Notes: a model not told the origin generated them from the letters alone. DNA of 64,000 nt from an uncultured Holophagales bacterium (GCA_963842525.1 CAWJGT010000011.1:96001-160000), one strand, 5' to 3'. Shown: positions 10,046-20,430, counted from the first letter of the stretch. Translations and numbers: made by a program.

Positions 10046-11752
10046 TCACCCGTCCATGGGGTCCACGGGGGAAGCCTTCTTCCTCTTTTCCTGCATCAGG
10101 GTCCCGGGGAGAGGGGCTGCATCGCGCAGCGGGTGGCGGGTCCACGGGGTGGCGTAGACCACGATCACGCCGTCCCCCAGGGTGATGTTGTCCTTGACCT
10201 CGATCACATGGACCGGCTGGAAGCGCGGATCCCGCGACAGATTGGGGAACCAGGCGGGGAAGATCACCAGGTAGTCGGGCTGGCGGCGTTCGATCTCGGC
10301 GGCGACCGTGACCTCCCACGGGACGCCGCGCTTCGACTGCCGCAGCATCTCCCTCCGGATCTCCGGGGTGGCGATCCCCGCCAGGTCGATCAGCCGGTTG
10401 GGCAGCAGGAAGCCGATCGCGCCGATGTCGTTGACCGCGAGGACCGCTTCGCGCGGCAGGCGCTCCGCCAGCCAGCGGGCGACGAGGACGTCGCCGTCCT
10501 GGATGTTGGCGACGTTCTGGACGTAGCGGCCGGCACCCCGCATCAGGCCCGCGACCGTGGGCCAGAGGAGCAGGGCGACCAGCACGGCGCCCATGGGCAG
10601 GCGCAGGCGGCCGGCGGCGATCCGGGGGCCGAGCGCGGCGGCGGCCCGCTCCATGCCCAGCACGCCGAGCAGCACCAGGAGCGGGAAGAAGGGGAAGTAG
10701 TAGCGGCCGAAGTTGCCGAGCAGGGCCGTGCCGCCCGCGGGCTGGCTGATCGTCGAATAGACGAGCGGGACGGCGATCGGCCACAGGGCCGGCAGGAGGC
10801 CGCGGTCCCGCGGCGTGCCCAGGCGCTCCAGCAGGCTCAGCACTCCGGCGCCGGAGAGCAGGGACATGTACGGCTGGGTGCTCAGGAAGGTCCCGAAGGC
10901 GGAATAGACGTAGAGGATCTCGGGGAGCCAGCGCCGCAGCGACGCCCCCTTGGCAGCGAAGGTGGTGGGGAGGAACGAGCCGCCCACCCAGCGATAGAAC
11001 AGGATCGGGCCGATCAGGGCGCAGGCGGCCAGCAGGGCGCCGCCGAGCAGCCGGGCGAACGGCGGCCGGCGCCAGCGCAGCTCGCCAGATTCTCCCTCTC
11101 TCCCGGTTCGGGGGAGAGGGCCGGGGAGAGGGGGCTCCCGGTCGAAGACCAGGCAGCGGTCGACGAAGGCCAGCCCGAGCAGCATCAGCCCCTCGGGCCG
11201 GGCCAGGCAGGCGAGGGCGAGCACGGCGAAGGAGAGCGGCGGCCTCGCCGGGTCGGCGCGCTCGCGCAGGTGCAGGATCATCCCCCAGAGATAGAGGAAG
11301 ATGAACAGGGGGATCTCCATCCCCGAGAGGGCCGACCAGACGAGCCAGGAGGTGGCGAGGGTCAGCCCGGCGGCCAGGGAGGCAAGGCCGGAGCCGAGGC
11401 CGAGCTCCCGGCCGAGCCGCCAGGTGGCGGCGATGCCGCCCAGGTAGAGCGCGACGCCCAACACCTTGGTCCAGACAATGACGTTGCCCGGCAGCAGGAA
11501 GAGCAGCGAGAGCAGGGCCGTCCACAGCGGCGCGGTCGAGCCGGTCACCAGCTCGCCGGGATTGTAGGAGAGCCCGTGCCCGGCCGTCAGGTTGCGCGCG
11601 AACTGGAGGTGGATCCAACTGTCGTCCAGCGGGAAGCCGAGGTCGGACGAGAGGAGCCAGGCCTCGCTGAGGAAATATCCGAGGCAGGCCAGCAGCCCGG
11701 CCAGCGACAGCCAGAAGACCGGATAGGCTCCGCGACGTTGGTGTTTGCGCAT
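10046..11752 (-). CDS. GT-C superfamily membrane glycosyltransferase-like protein
   Basis: DDSWIHLQFARNL...YNPGELVTGSTAPLW, SGMEIPL, RPEG, DIGAIGF...IDLAGI motifs; many transmembrane segments. Confidence 0.8.
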   Translation of the reverse strand: MRKHQRRGAYPVFWLSLAGLLACLGYFLSEAWLLSSDLGFPLDDSWIHLQFARNLTAGHGLSYNPGELVTGSTAPLWTALLSLLFLLPGNVIVWTKVLGVALYLGGIAATWRLGRELGLGSGLASLAAGLTLATSWLVWSALSGMEIPLFIFLYLWGMILHLRERADPARPPLSFAVLALACLARPEGLMLLGLAFVDRCLVFDREPPLPGPLPRTGREGESGELRWRRPPFARLLGGALLAACALIGPILFYRWVGGSFLPTTFAAKGASLRRWLPEILYVYSAFGTFLSTQPYMSLLSGAGVLSLLERLGTPRDRGLLPALWPIAVPLVYSTISQPAGGTALLGNFGRYYFPFFPLLVLLGVLGMERAAAALGPRIAAGRLRLPMGAVLVALLLWPTVAGLMRGAGRYVQNVANIQDGDVLVARWLAERLPREAVLAVNDIGAIGFLLPNRLIDLAGIATPEIRREMLRQSKRGVPWEVTVAAEIERRQPDYLVIFPAWFPNLSRDPRFQPVHVIEVKDNITLGDGVIVVYATPWTRHPLRDAAPLPGTLMQEKRKKASPVDPMDG

Positions 11753-11776
11753 GGGCCTATTATCATCACACGCCGC

Positions 11777-13201
11777 ATGATCTCCACCTACGTCCCCCTG
11801 CAGCGCCGCCGGCGCATGGCCGCCCGCGTCGCCCTCTACGGCAGCCTGGTGCTGGTGGCCGGGTTGACCTTCCTGGCCGTCCACTACCTCGACCGGCCGC
11901 TTCGCCAGCGGCAGGCCGAGCAGTGGATCGACGTGGACTACCTCCAGCTCCCCGAGGTCAAGCTGCTGCGCGAGTACGTCCGGATCGACACCAGCGAGAA
12001 GACCGGCGACGAGGTGGCGGGCGCCCGTTTCCTGGCCCGCCAGCTCCAGAGCGCGGGCATCCCGGCCCGGCTGGAGGTGCTCGACGGGCGGCACGCGAAC
12101 CTCTACGGCCTGCTTGAAGGCGAGGACCCCCGGCCGCTGGTGCTGCACAACCACATCGACGTCGAGGCGGCCGATCCCAAGGAGTGGTTCTACCCCCCCT
12201 TCGAGGCGCACGTCGACCTGCCGTGGATCTACGGCCGCGGCGTCTTCGACATGAAGAGCGTGGCCATCGCGCAGCTCCTCGCCATGATCGACCTCAAGAA
12301 GAGCGGCAAGCCCCTGAAGCGCTCGGTGCTCTTCCTCGCCACCAGCAGCGAGGAGCGCGGCAGCCGCCTCGGCGTGCGCTGGATCCTGCGCCGGCACCCG
12401 GAGCTCGTCCGCAGCTTCTGGGCCGTACTGACCGAGGGCGGCGCGGTCGAGGCGCGGGCGCGCGACGACATCAAATACTGGGCGACCGAGGTCGCCCAGA
12501 AGCGCTTCGTCGACGTCATCGTCTGCAGCGGCGACCGCCGGCGGCTCGTGGACCTGCGGCAGGCCCTCCTGGACCGGGGCTATGCCGAGACCGGGCTGCG
12601 CATCGTGCCCGAGGTGCGGACCTATCTCGAAAGCTACGGCCGTACCCGCGACAGCAAGGATCTGCGGGACCTCCTCGAGCATCCGGACGAAACCCTGGCC
12701 GACATCGCCGCATTCCGCAAGCTCCCGGACTACGTCAAGTCGCTCTTCCGCAACGAGGCGGTGCCGTTCGCGGTCCAGGAGGCCCCGGGCGGCGGCTATC
12801 AGCTCCTCATCAAGCTCCACCTCCTGCCTGGACAGGAGACCGCCCCGGCCTTCGACGAGCTGGTCCCCCGCTGGATGACCCACGGCCTGAGCGTCACTCT
12901 GGACGAGCCGCCGAGCGCCCGGCACGGCAGCCCGCTGGACCACCCGGTCTTCCGCGAGATCGCCGGCGCCATCGAGGACCGTTATCCCGAGGCCCGGGCC
13001 GGCCCGGGGTTCCTGCCCTGGACGGCCACCGACTCCCGCTTCTTCCGGCAGGCAGGCGTGCCGTCCTACGGCTTCTCGCCGTTCCTCATCATGAACACCG
13101 ACACCCTCCAGGTCGACCGGGCAAACGAGCGCTTCGCCCTCCCCGCCTTCCTCGACGGCGTCAGCCTCTACCGCGACCTCGTCCGCCGATTAGTCCTCTA
13201 G
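11777..13201 (+). CDS. M20/M25/M40 metallohydrolase, N-terminal membrane anchor
   Basis: RIDTS, LHNHIDV, YGRGVFDMKS, SEERG, TEGG and TDSRFFR motifs. Confidence 0.9.
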   Translation: MISTYVPLQRRRRMAARVALYGSLVLVAGLTFLAVHYLDRPLRQRQAEQWIDVDYLQLPEVKLLREYVRIDTSEKTGDEVAGARFLARQLQSAGIPARLEVLDGRHANLYGLLEGEDPRPLVLHNHIDVEAADPKEWFYPPFEAHVDLPWIYGRGVFDMKSVAIAQLLAMIDLKKSGKPLKRSVLFLATSSEERGSRLGVRWILRRHPELVRSFWAVLTEGGAVEARARDDIKYWATEVAQKRFVDVIVCSGDRRRLVDLRQALLDRGYAETGLRIVPEVRTYLESYGRTRDSKDLRDLLEHPDETLADIAAFRKLPDYVKSLFRNEAVPFAVQEAPGGGYQLLIKLHLLPGQETAPAFDELVPRWMTHGLSVTLDEPPSARHGSPLDHPVFREIAGAIEDRYPEARAGPGFLPWTATDSRFFRQAGVPSYGFSPFLIMNTDTLQVDRANERFALPAFLDGVSLYRDLVRRLVL

Positions 13202-13212
13202 GCAGCAGCAGC

Positions 13213-13271
13213 GTTCCCCCTCTCCCGGGGCAGGGTGGATGGGAGATGGGAGAGGGGGCCAGGGGGTGAGG
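13213..13271. repeat. CCCCTCTCCC...GGGAGAGGGG palindromic interspersed repeat
   Basis: Matches 8444-8502. Confidence 0.8.
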
Positions 13272-13275
13272 TCCT

Positions 13276-13371
13276 CTGACACAAGCTGTCAGCCGGGGGT
13301 GCCAAGATTTGTCACGTCCGGAACCTAAGCTCAACAAAATAAAGGATCTTTCTCCTGGCATCGGCCCTGCT
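13276..13371 (+). promoter_or_regulatory. Sigma-54 promoter with upstream TGACA-N5-TGTCA activator site
   Basis: TGGCATCGGCCCTGCT (GG-N10-GC) at 13356-13371; dyad ctgacacaagctgtcag at 13276-13292. Confidence 0.75.
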
Positions 13372-13456
13372 ATGTAGAGAAAGCGAAACGCCATTGAGCC
13401 CCGTGGAATAGACCAGGGGCGGGAATCTGAAAACCCTGAGGGAGGAGAACGACGTC

Positions 13457-13972
13457 ATGCTGAGCAGAATCCGGAACCGGCAAAAGGGCTTCACGCTGAT
13501 CGAGCTGTTGATCGTGGTGGCGATCATCGGCATCATCGCGGCGCTGCTGATCCCCAACTTCCTCGACGCGCTGCAGAAGGCCAAGCAGAAGAGGACCGTG
13601 GCCGACGTCCGCAATACCGGCACGGCGATGTTCTCCTGGTTGACCGACCAGGTCGGTGCCGCTGCGGCCGGCGCGAACACCACCGTCCAGATCTCGTCCT
13701 ACGCGTCGCTGGCGACCACGGTGATCGCCACCGTCCTGGCGCCCCAGTACATGCAGGAAGTCCCGGCGCTGGACGGCTGGAAGAACCCCTATGAGTACTA
13801 CCTGAACACCGCGAACCCGCTCGCGCAGCAGGTGATGATGATCCGCAGCACGGGCCGGGACAAGAAGGCTGACGGCAGCTCGTACAACGTGACGTCGTTC
13901 AACCCGACGGCCTATGACAGAGACATCGTATGGGCTGACGGCTTCTTCGTGTCCTGGCCGCAGAAGCAGTAA
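13457..13972 (+). CDS. Type IV pilin / GspG-like pseudopilin, paralogue A copy 1
   Basis: QKG|FTLIELLIVVAIIGII prepilin cleavage/methylation site; DGWKNPY motif. Confidence 0.92.
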   Translation: MLSRIRNRQKGFTLIELLIVVAIIGIIAALLIPNFLDALQKAKQKRTVADVRNTGTAMFSWLTDQVGAAAAGANTTVQISSYASLATTVIATVLAPQYMQEVPALDGWKNPYEYYLNTANPLAQQVMMIRSTGRDKKADGSSYNVTSFNPTAYDRDIVWADGFFVSWPQKQ

Positions 13973-14008
13973 CGCGGTCGAGCCGAGAAGCTAAATCCTC
14001 CTCTTCGT

Positions 14009-14044
14009 GGGGCGCCGTGGTTGGCGGCGCCCCCTTTTTTATTT
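14009..14044 (+). terminator. Rho-independent terminator
   Basis: ggggcgcc-gtggttggc-ggcgcccc followed by a T-run; repeated at ~16954-16989. Confidence 0.75.
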
Positions 14045-14138
14045 GATCCCGTCCCCCCTCTCCCCGGCCCTCTCCCCCGTACCGGGGGAAAGGGAGCAGA
14101 AGCCGACAACGGGCTGTATCCAGTAGACTCTCCCGCCA

Positions 14139-15527
14139 ATGCTCCGGACGTTCCGTCGTCTCTTCGTCCTCCTGCTCTGCGCCGCCGCGCTGGCTCCGGC
14201 TTCGGGTGCCGAACGCTCCACACCGGAGCTGTCGGAAGCCGCGCGCTGGCTCCAGGGCTATCTCCGCATCGACACCTCGAACCCGCCGGGCCGCGAGCAC
14301 CTGGCGGCGGCCTGGCTGGCCGGCATCCTCCACCGGGAGGGGATTCCGACGCGCCTGCTGGTGACGCCCGAGGGGCGCACCAACCTGTGGGCCCGCCTTT
14401 CGTCGCCGAAGAGCGGCGGCCGCGCGGTCGTGCTGCTGCACCACATGGACGTGGTCCCCGCCGGACCGGGATGGACGGTCGGCCCGTTTTCGGGGGAGGT
14501 CCGCGACGGCCGCCTCTGGGGCCGCGGGGCCCTGGACGACAAGAGCCTCGGCATCGCGCAACTGGCCGCCTTCGTCGACCTGAAACGGCACCGGGCGCCG
14601 CTCGAACGCGATGTTGTCTTTTTGGCCGTCGCCGACGAGGAGAGCGGAGGCGGGCAGGGCACGGCCTGGCTCCTCTCCCATCATCCCGGCCTCTTCCGCG
14701 GCGTCGAGGCGGTGCTCGGCGAGGGGGGGAGGGCCCAGGTCGGTGCCGGCGACAAGATCCTCTGGTGGGGGATCGAGGTGGCGCAGAAGCGCCCGCTCTG
14801 GCTCGAGGTCGCCACCACGGGCCGCGGCGGTCACGGCTCGGGTCTCAATCCGGAGAGCGCCAACCACCAGCTCGTCCTGGCCCTGGGCCGCCTCCTCCAG
14901 CGCCCCGCCCGCTGGCGGGTCACCCCTCCGGCCCGCGACTATCTGAGCTCCATCGCGCCGCTCCACAGCGGGCCGCTGCGGCGTACCCTCGCCAACGTCG
15001 ACGCGGCGGTGACCGAGAGCGGGCCGCGCGAGTTCCTGCTCCCCGGCATGGCCAACCTCTTCCTCGACACCGTCCAGGTCACCGTGCTCGACGGCGGCGA
15101 GCGCATCAACGTCATCCCGGACCGGGCGAAGGCGCGGATCGACATCCGCCTGCTGCCGGACACGGATGCCGAGGCCTTCCTGCGCGAGGTCCGGAGCTCT
15201 CTCGGCGACGACTGCCAGGTGGAGGTGCTGGTCACCTCGCCGCCCGCCCCGCCGTCCCCCGCCGCGGGCCGCTTCTATGGGGCCCTGCGGCGTGTGCTCG
15301 GCGAGAGCGCGCCGGTGGTCCCCACCTTCATCCCCGGCTTCACCGACTCGCGCCTTTTCCGCGAGCGGAAGATCCCGGCCTATGGCGTCATGCCCTTCGC
15401 CCTCGCCGGCGACGACCTGCGCGGCATCCACAACCCGGACGAGCGCATCCCGCTCGCGGAGCTCGACCGCGGCGTCGAGCGCCTGCGCCGCGTGATATGG
15501 GCCTATGCCGTGCCGGCGGCGCACTGA
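14139..15527 (+). CDS. M20/M25/M40 metallohydrolase, secreted
   Basis: Signal peptide; RIDTSNPPG, HHMDVV, GRGALDDK, DEESGG, GHGS, TDSR and HNPDER motifs. Confidence 0.92.
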   Translation: MLRTFRRLFVLLLCAAALAPASGAERSTPELSEAARWLQGYLRIDTSNPPGREHLAAAWLAGILHREGIPTRLLVTPEGRTNLWARLSSPKSGGRAVVLLHHMDVVPAGPGWTVGPFSGEVRDGRLWGRGALDDKSLGIAQLAAFVDLKRHRAPLERDVVFLAVADEESGGGQGTAWLLSHHPGLFRGVEAVLGEGGRAQVGAGDKILWWGIEVAQKRPLWLEVATTGRGGHGSGLNPESANHQLVLALGRLLQRPARWRVTPPARDYLSSIAPLHSGPLRRTLANVDAAVTESGPREFLLPGMANLFLDTVQVTVLDGGERINVIPDRAKARIDIRLLPDTDAEAFLREVRSSLGDDCQVEVLVTSPPAPPSPAAGRFYGALRRVLGESAPVVPTFIPGFTDSRLFRERKIPAYGVMPFALAGDDLRGIHNPDERIPLAELDRGVERLRRVIWAYAVPAAH

Positions 15528-15639
15528 CACGGAGTGTCGGCCGGGTGACTTTTTTTGACCGCGGTCTTCCCGTTGGCGGACGCAAACCCCTGTAAATACG
15601 GGCCGAATTGCGTCGCCACAGATTGGCATATCGTTTGCC
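15524..15639 (+). promoter_or_regulatory. Sigma-54 promoter with upstream activator site
   Basis: TGGCATATCGTTTGCC at 15624-15639; ctgacacggagtgtcgg at 15524-15540. Confidence 0.75.
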
Positions 15640-15681
15640 TTCCAGGGAGTTGCCGTATTCTTGATCTGGAGAGGGATTGCC

Positions 15682-16200
15682 ATGAGGAGAGCGCAAGGCG
15701 CACCGCAGGGTTTTAGTTTGATCGAGTTGTTGATCGTCGTCGCGATCATCGGTCTCATCGCGGCGATGCTCATCCCGAATTTGCTCGATGCCATGCAGAA
15801 GGCGAAGCAGAAGAGGACGATGGCGGACGTACGGATCGTCGGAACTGCGATGTTTTCCTGGTTCACGGACCAGGTGGGCGCCGCCGCCGCCGGCGCCGGC
15901 AACACGACGGTGGACCTGACCTCCTACGGCAGCCGGAAGGGTGCCGCTGACCTGCACACCATCCTGGTGCCGCAGTACATCCAGGATGTCCCGCCGCGGG
16001 ACGGCTGGAAGAACGCCTACGACTATTACGTGAACGTGACCGACCTGCAGGGTCGGCACGTGCTGGCGATCCGCAGCAAGGGCGCCGACTTCGCGTCGCC
16101 GGGTGAGCAGTACAACGTCTCCTCGTTCGAGCCGACCGACTACAGCCAGGACATCGTCTGGGCGGACGGCTTCATGGTCCAGTGGCCGCAGAAGCAGTGA
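15682..16200 (+). CDS. Type IV pilin / GspG-like pseudopilin, paralogue B copy 1
   Basis: QG|FSLIELLIVVAIIGLI; DGWKNAY; ends WPQKQ like paralogue A. Confidence 0.92.
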   Translation: MRRAQGAPQGFSLIELLIVVAIIGLIAAMLIPNLLDAMQKAKQKRTMADVRIVGTAMFSWFTDQVGAAAAGAGNTTVDLTSYGSRKGAADLHTILVPQYIQDVPPRDGWKNAYDYYVNVTDLQGRHVLAIRSKGADFASPGEQYNVSSFEPTDYSQDIVWADGFMVQWPQKQ

Positions 16201-16216
16201 AGCGCGGCTGATCCCT

Positions 16217-16312
16217 CTGACAGAAGCTGTCAGCCAGGGGTGCCAGGATTTGTCAGTCTCAGAATCTAAACTCAACAAAACAAAGAGTTTTTGACTTGGC
16301 ATAGGCCCTGCT
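16217..16312 (+). promoter_or_regulatory. Sigma-54 promoter with upstream activator site
   Basis: TGGCATAGGCCCTGCT at 16297-16312; ctgacagaagctgtcag at 16217-16233. Confidence 0.75.
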
Positions 16313-16401
16313 CTCTAAAGAGACAGCGACAACGCCATTGAGCCCCGTGGAATGAACCAGGGGCGGGAATCCGAAAACCCTGAGGGAGAGGAGACGACGT
16401 C

Positions 16402-16917
16402 ATGCTGAGCAGAATCCGGAACCGGCAAAAGGGCTTCACGCTGATCGAGCTGTTGATCGTGGTGGCGATCATCGGCATCATCGCGGCGCTGCTGATCCCC
16501 AACTTCCTCGACGCGCTGCAGAAGGCGAAGCAGAAGAGGACCGTGGCCGACGTCCGCAACACCGGTACGGCGATGTTCTCCTGGTTGACCGACCAGGTCG
16601 GTGCCGCTGCGGCCGGCGCGAACACCACCGTCCAGATCTCGTCCTACGCGTCGCTGGCGACCACGGTGATCGCCACCGTCCTGGCGCCCCAGTACATGCA
16701 GGAAGTCCCGGCGCTGGACGGCTGGAAGAACCCCTATGAGTACTACCTGAACACCGCGAACCCGCTCGCGCAGCAGGTGATGATGATCCGCAGCACGGGC
16801 CGGGACAAGAAGGCCGACGGCAGCTCGTACAACGTGACGTCGTTCGACCCGACGGCCTATGACAGAGACATCGTATGGGCTGACGGCTTCTTCGTGTCCT
16901 GGCCGCAGAAGCAGTAA
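16402..16917 (+). CDS. Type IV pilin, paralogue A copy 2
   Basis: Protein identical to 13457..13972 except SFNPT vs SFDPT. Confidence 0.92.
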   Translation: MLSRIRNRQKGFTLIELLIVVAIIGIIAALLIPNFLDALQKAKQKRTVADVRNTGTAMFSWLTDQVGAAAAGANTTVQISSYASLATTVIATVLAPQYMQEVPALDGWKNPYEYYLNTANPLAQQVMMIRSTGRDKKADGSSYNVTSFDPTAYDRDIVWADGFFVSWPQKQ

Positions 16918-16998
16918 CGCGGTCGAGCCGAAGAACTCAATCCTCTTCTTCGCGGGGCGCCGTGGTTGGCGGCGCCCCCTTTTTATTTTGATTCCGCA

Positions 16999-17113
16999 CT
17001 GACACGGAGTGTCGGCCGGGTGACTTTTTTTGCTATACGCCTTGCCGGCGGAGCGCCCAAAACCCTGTATTTTCAAGCGATTCCGCCGGTCTGAGCCTGG
17101 CACATCGTTTGCG
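16999..17113 (+). promoter_or_regulatory. Sigma-54 promoter with upstream activator site
   Basis: TGGCACATCGTTTGCG at 17098-17113; ctgacacggagtgtcgg at 16999-17015. Confidence 0.75.
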
Positions 17114-17153
17114 TTCCCCAGGAATTGCCGTTCTCTTTGATCTGGAGAGTGCC

Positions 17154-17672
17154 ATGAGGAGAGTGCAGGGCGCACCGCAGGGTTTTAGCTTGATCGAGCT
17201 GTTGATCGTCGTCGCCATCATCGGTCTCATCGCGGCGATGCTCATTCCGAACCTGCTCGATGCCATGCAGAAGGCAAAGCAGAAGAGGACAATGGCGGAT
17301 GTACGGATCGTCGGAACCGCGATGTTTTCCTGGTTCACGGACCAGGTGGGCGCCGCCGCCGCCGGCGCCGGCAACACGACGGTGGACCTGACCTCCTACG
17401 GCAGCCGGAAGGGTGCCGCTGACCTGCACACCATCCTGGTGCCGCAGTACATCCAGGACGTTCCGCCGCGGGACGGCTGGAAGAACGCCTACGACTATTA
17501 CGTGAACGTGACCGACCTGCAGGGTCGGCACGTGCTGGCGATCCGCAGCAAGGGCGCCGACTTCGCGTCGCCGGGTGAGCAGTACAACGTCTCCTCGTTC
17601 GAGCCGACCGACTACAGCCAGGACATCGTCTGGGCGGACGGCTTCATGGTCCAGTGGCCGCAGAAGCAGTGA
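17154..17672 (+). CDS. Type IV pilin, paralogue B copy 2
   Basis: Identical to 15682..16200 except leader MRRVQG vs MRRAQG. Confidence 0.92.
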   Translation: MRRVQGAPQGFSLIELLIVVAIIGLIAAMLIPNLLDAMQKAKQKRTMADVRIVGTAMFSWFTDQVGAAAAGAGNTTVDLTSYGSRKGAADLHTILVPQYIQDVPPRDGWKNAYDYYVNVTDLQGRHVLAIRSKGADFASPGEQYNVSSFEPTDYSQDIVWADGFMVQWPQKQ

Positions 17673-17719
17673 GGGGCTAGAATCCGCCCCGCTCGGCCGG
17701 AGCCGGGCGGAGACTCCCT

Positions 17720-20144
17720 ATGCGCCGCCGGATCGCCGCCCTTGCTCCTGTCTGGCTGGGGGCGGCTTGGTTGGCCAGCTTCTTCCTGCCGCTGCTCTCG
17801 CCGCGCTGGGCGCTGGCCAACCGCGACGTCCCGCTCTTCCACCTGCCGCTCCGCACCGCCTTCCGTGAGCTGGCCGCGAGCGGCCTGCCGGTGTGGAACC
17901 CCTGGCTGCACGGCGGCCAGCCGATCCTCTCGAACCCCAGCTACGCGGCCTTCTACCCGCCGAGCTGGCTGGCCTTCGCCGTCCCTCCGGCCTACGCGCT
18001 CAACCTGCTGGCGGTCCTCCATGCAGGGATCGCGTTCGCCGGGGCTTGGCGGCTCGCGCGCCGGCTCGGTACGGGCCGCGGCGCGGCTGCGCTCGCCGCC
18101 CTCGGCTACACCGGGAGCGGCGCCCTGCTCTCGCTGCTCAGCGCCTACACCCTGTTCTGCAGCATGGCCTGGTTCCCCTGGGTTCTCGCGGCGGGGGACG
18201 CTGCGCTGCGGTCGGCCGATCGCCGCGGCTGGCTGCGCCCCGCCCTGGCCTGCGGCGGCGCCCTCGCCCTCCAGCTCCTGAACGGCGAGCCGGTGACCGT
18301 CGTGGTGAGCGGGCTCGGGCTGCTCTGCCTGGCGGCATCCGCCGCAGCCCGCAACCCCCGGGCCGCGCCGCGGGTGCTGGTGCCGGTCGCGGCGGCCCTG
18401 GCCCTCGCCGCCATCCAGCTCGTCCCCACCCTGGGAAGGCTTGCCGACTCGCCGCGCGCCGGCGGGGTCGAGGCCGGCCAGGCGGCCACCTGGTCGGCGC
18501 CGCCGGCGCGCCTCGTCGAGCTGGTGTTCCCGCGCTTCTTCGGCGACCCGGCGCGCCCACAGGCCGGGGCCTTCTTCGGCTGGAACCTGCACGACCGGGA
18601 CTACCCCTACGTGGCCTCTCTGTACCCCGGCCTGCTGCTGACGGTGCTCGGGGTCTGCGCCCTCGCCCTCTGGCCCATCCCGCGCCGCGGCGCGTGGGCC
18701 CTGGCCATTGTCCTCGGCGCCTTCCTCGCCCTCGGCCGGCACAATCCGCTCTTCGAGCCTCTGCGGCAGGCAGTGCCGCTGCTCGCCGCGCTCCGCTATC
18801 CCGAGAAATTCGCCATCCTGGCGGTCGCCTGCCTCGGCTTTGCCGGCGCGCTCGGCTGGCAGCGGCTGCTCGACGAGCGCCGGGCCGGCCGCTACGCGGC
18901 GGCCGACTTCCCGCTGGCGCTCGCGCTCGTCCTGCTCGCGACGGCCACCACCCTGACCGCGCTGCTCTACCTCACCCCGCGGGCCGCCCTCTGGTTCATC
19001 CACAGCTACGGCGGGCCGGACCTCCAGCCGCGGGACGTGGTGCGCGGTCTCGCCTATCTGCGTGGCGAGGGGTGGGCGGCCGTGGCGACCGCGGCGGCGG
19101 TGGCGGCTCTGCTCGCGCTGTGCCGCTGGCGCCGCGCTCCGGAGCGAGTCCTCCTTCTTGCCGCCGTCGGGCTGCTGGCCGCCGACCTCTGGCACTACGG
19201 GCACGGTCTCGTGGCCACGATCCCGGCGGAGGCCTACCGCGAGCCGCCGCCGCTCGCGCGGGCGATGGCCCCAATGGCTCCGGGGAGCCGCGTCTGGGTC
19301 GAGCCGGCGGCCGAGAGCGGGCCGGAGCTGATCCGGCGTGGCGGCGATCCGCGGCGCGCGATCGTCCGCGCCCTGCTCGGCCGGCTCGAGCCCTATTCCG
19401 GGACCCTCTGGGGGCACTCCTACGCGATGCACGAGGACTACGACCTGATGCTCACACGCTGGGCGCGGCTCTCCCTGAGCGTCGCCGAGACCGAGCGGCG
19501 CAATGACCCGGAGATGCCGGAGATGTTTCGTCGCTATCTCGGCGCCTGGAACGTCGGCACCCTGCTGGTGCGCAAGCCGCAGGCCAAGTGGGCCCGCGAG
19601 GTGGCGCGCGATCCGGACGCGCCGCCGGTGCGGCCGGAGGTCAATCCGCGGGTGCAGCCGCGGATCCGCTTCGCGCCGCGCGCCAGCTTTCACGAGAGCT
19701 GGGAGAATGCCCTCTACGCCGCCCGCAGCCGGGGGTACCTCGCCGGCTGGGAGCACTGCATCCGCCCCGGAGACTCCCGCCACCACGGTCGTCTACCCGG
19801 CCCGGCCGGAGCTCCTCGACGTGGACGACACCGGCGGCCGCATCCGGCTACGCTACCGGGCGGTCTCGCCGGCCTTCCTCGCCGTGGCCGAGACCTTCGA
19901 CGCCGGCTGGCAGGCGATGCTGGAAGGGGAGGACATGGATGGGGAGCCTCTGCGCCTCGAGCCGACCGTGTACGGCCAACTCGGGCTGGAGCTGCCGGCG
20001 GGCGAGCATCGCCTGCTCCTCGCATATCGCGAGCGCCTGCTGCCGGCCGGAGCCGCGGTCAGCCTGCTGTCGCTCGCGGCCTTCCTGGCGGGGCTGGCGT
20101 TTATGCGCCGGAGGTCCGGCGCGAGCCGGGGACGACAGATCTGA
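17720..20144 (+). CDS. YfhO-family (GT-C-like) membrane protein, frameshift near 19775
   Basis: LPVWNPWLHGGQP...FYPPSW, LRYPEKF, ADLW; YfhO C-terminus ETFDAGWQA...LELPAGEHRLLLAY in ORF 19503..20144. Confidence 0.82.
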
Positions 20145-20420
20145 ACCGGGGGAGAGGCCCGGAAGCTGGGGGCGCCGGCTCTCAACAGGGCTGCGCATCC
20201 CCCAAGCAGGGGACGTGGGATCTGAGCGGAGGATGCGGTCCCCTGGCTGGGGGGCGTCAGCTCTGAGCAGGGGGCCGCAGCTTTGGGTGGGGGAGCTCTT
20301 CCCCAAGGCCGGGGGCGCTGCAGCCCGGCTGGAAGCTGCGCTCCCCCAGCCGGCGACGCGCCGCCCCGGACGGCCGCGCCGCTCCTCCTTGTCCGGCTGG
20401 ACCCCGACGGCCGCTGCGCG
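20145..20420. repeat. Degenerate tandem array, ~20-21 bp period
   Basis: G-runs start at ~20148, 20168, 20188, 20209, 20228, 20249, 20270, 20289, 20311 and 20331. Confidence 0.6.
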
Positions 20421-20430
20421 CCCTGATCTT

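Noticed and set aside
13457-17672. Neisseria-type pilin antigenic variation or shufflon
   Set aside because: All copies are full length with their own promoters and almost no variation; no recombinase or inversion sites are present.
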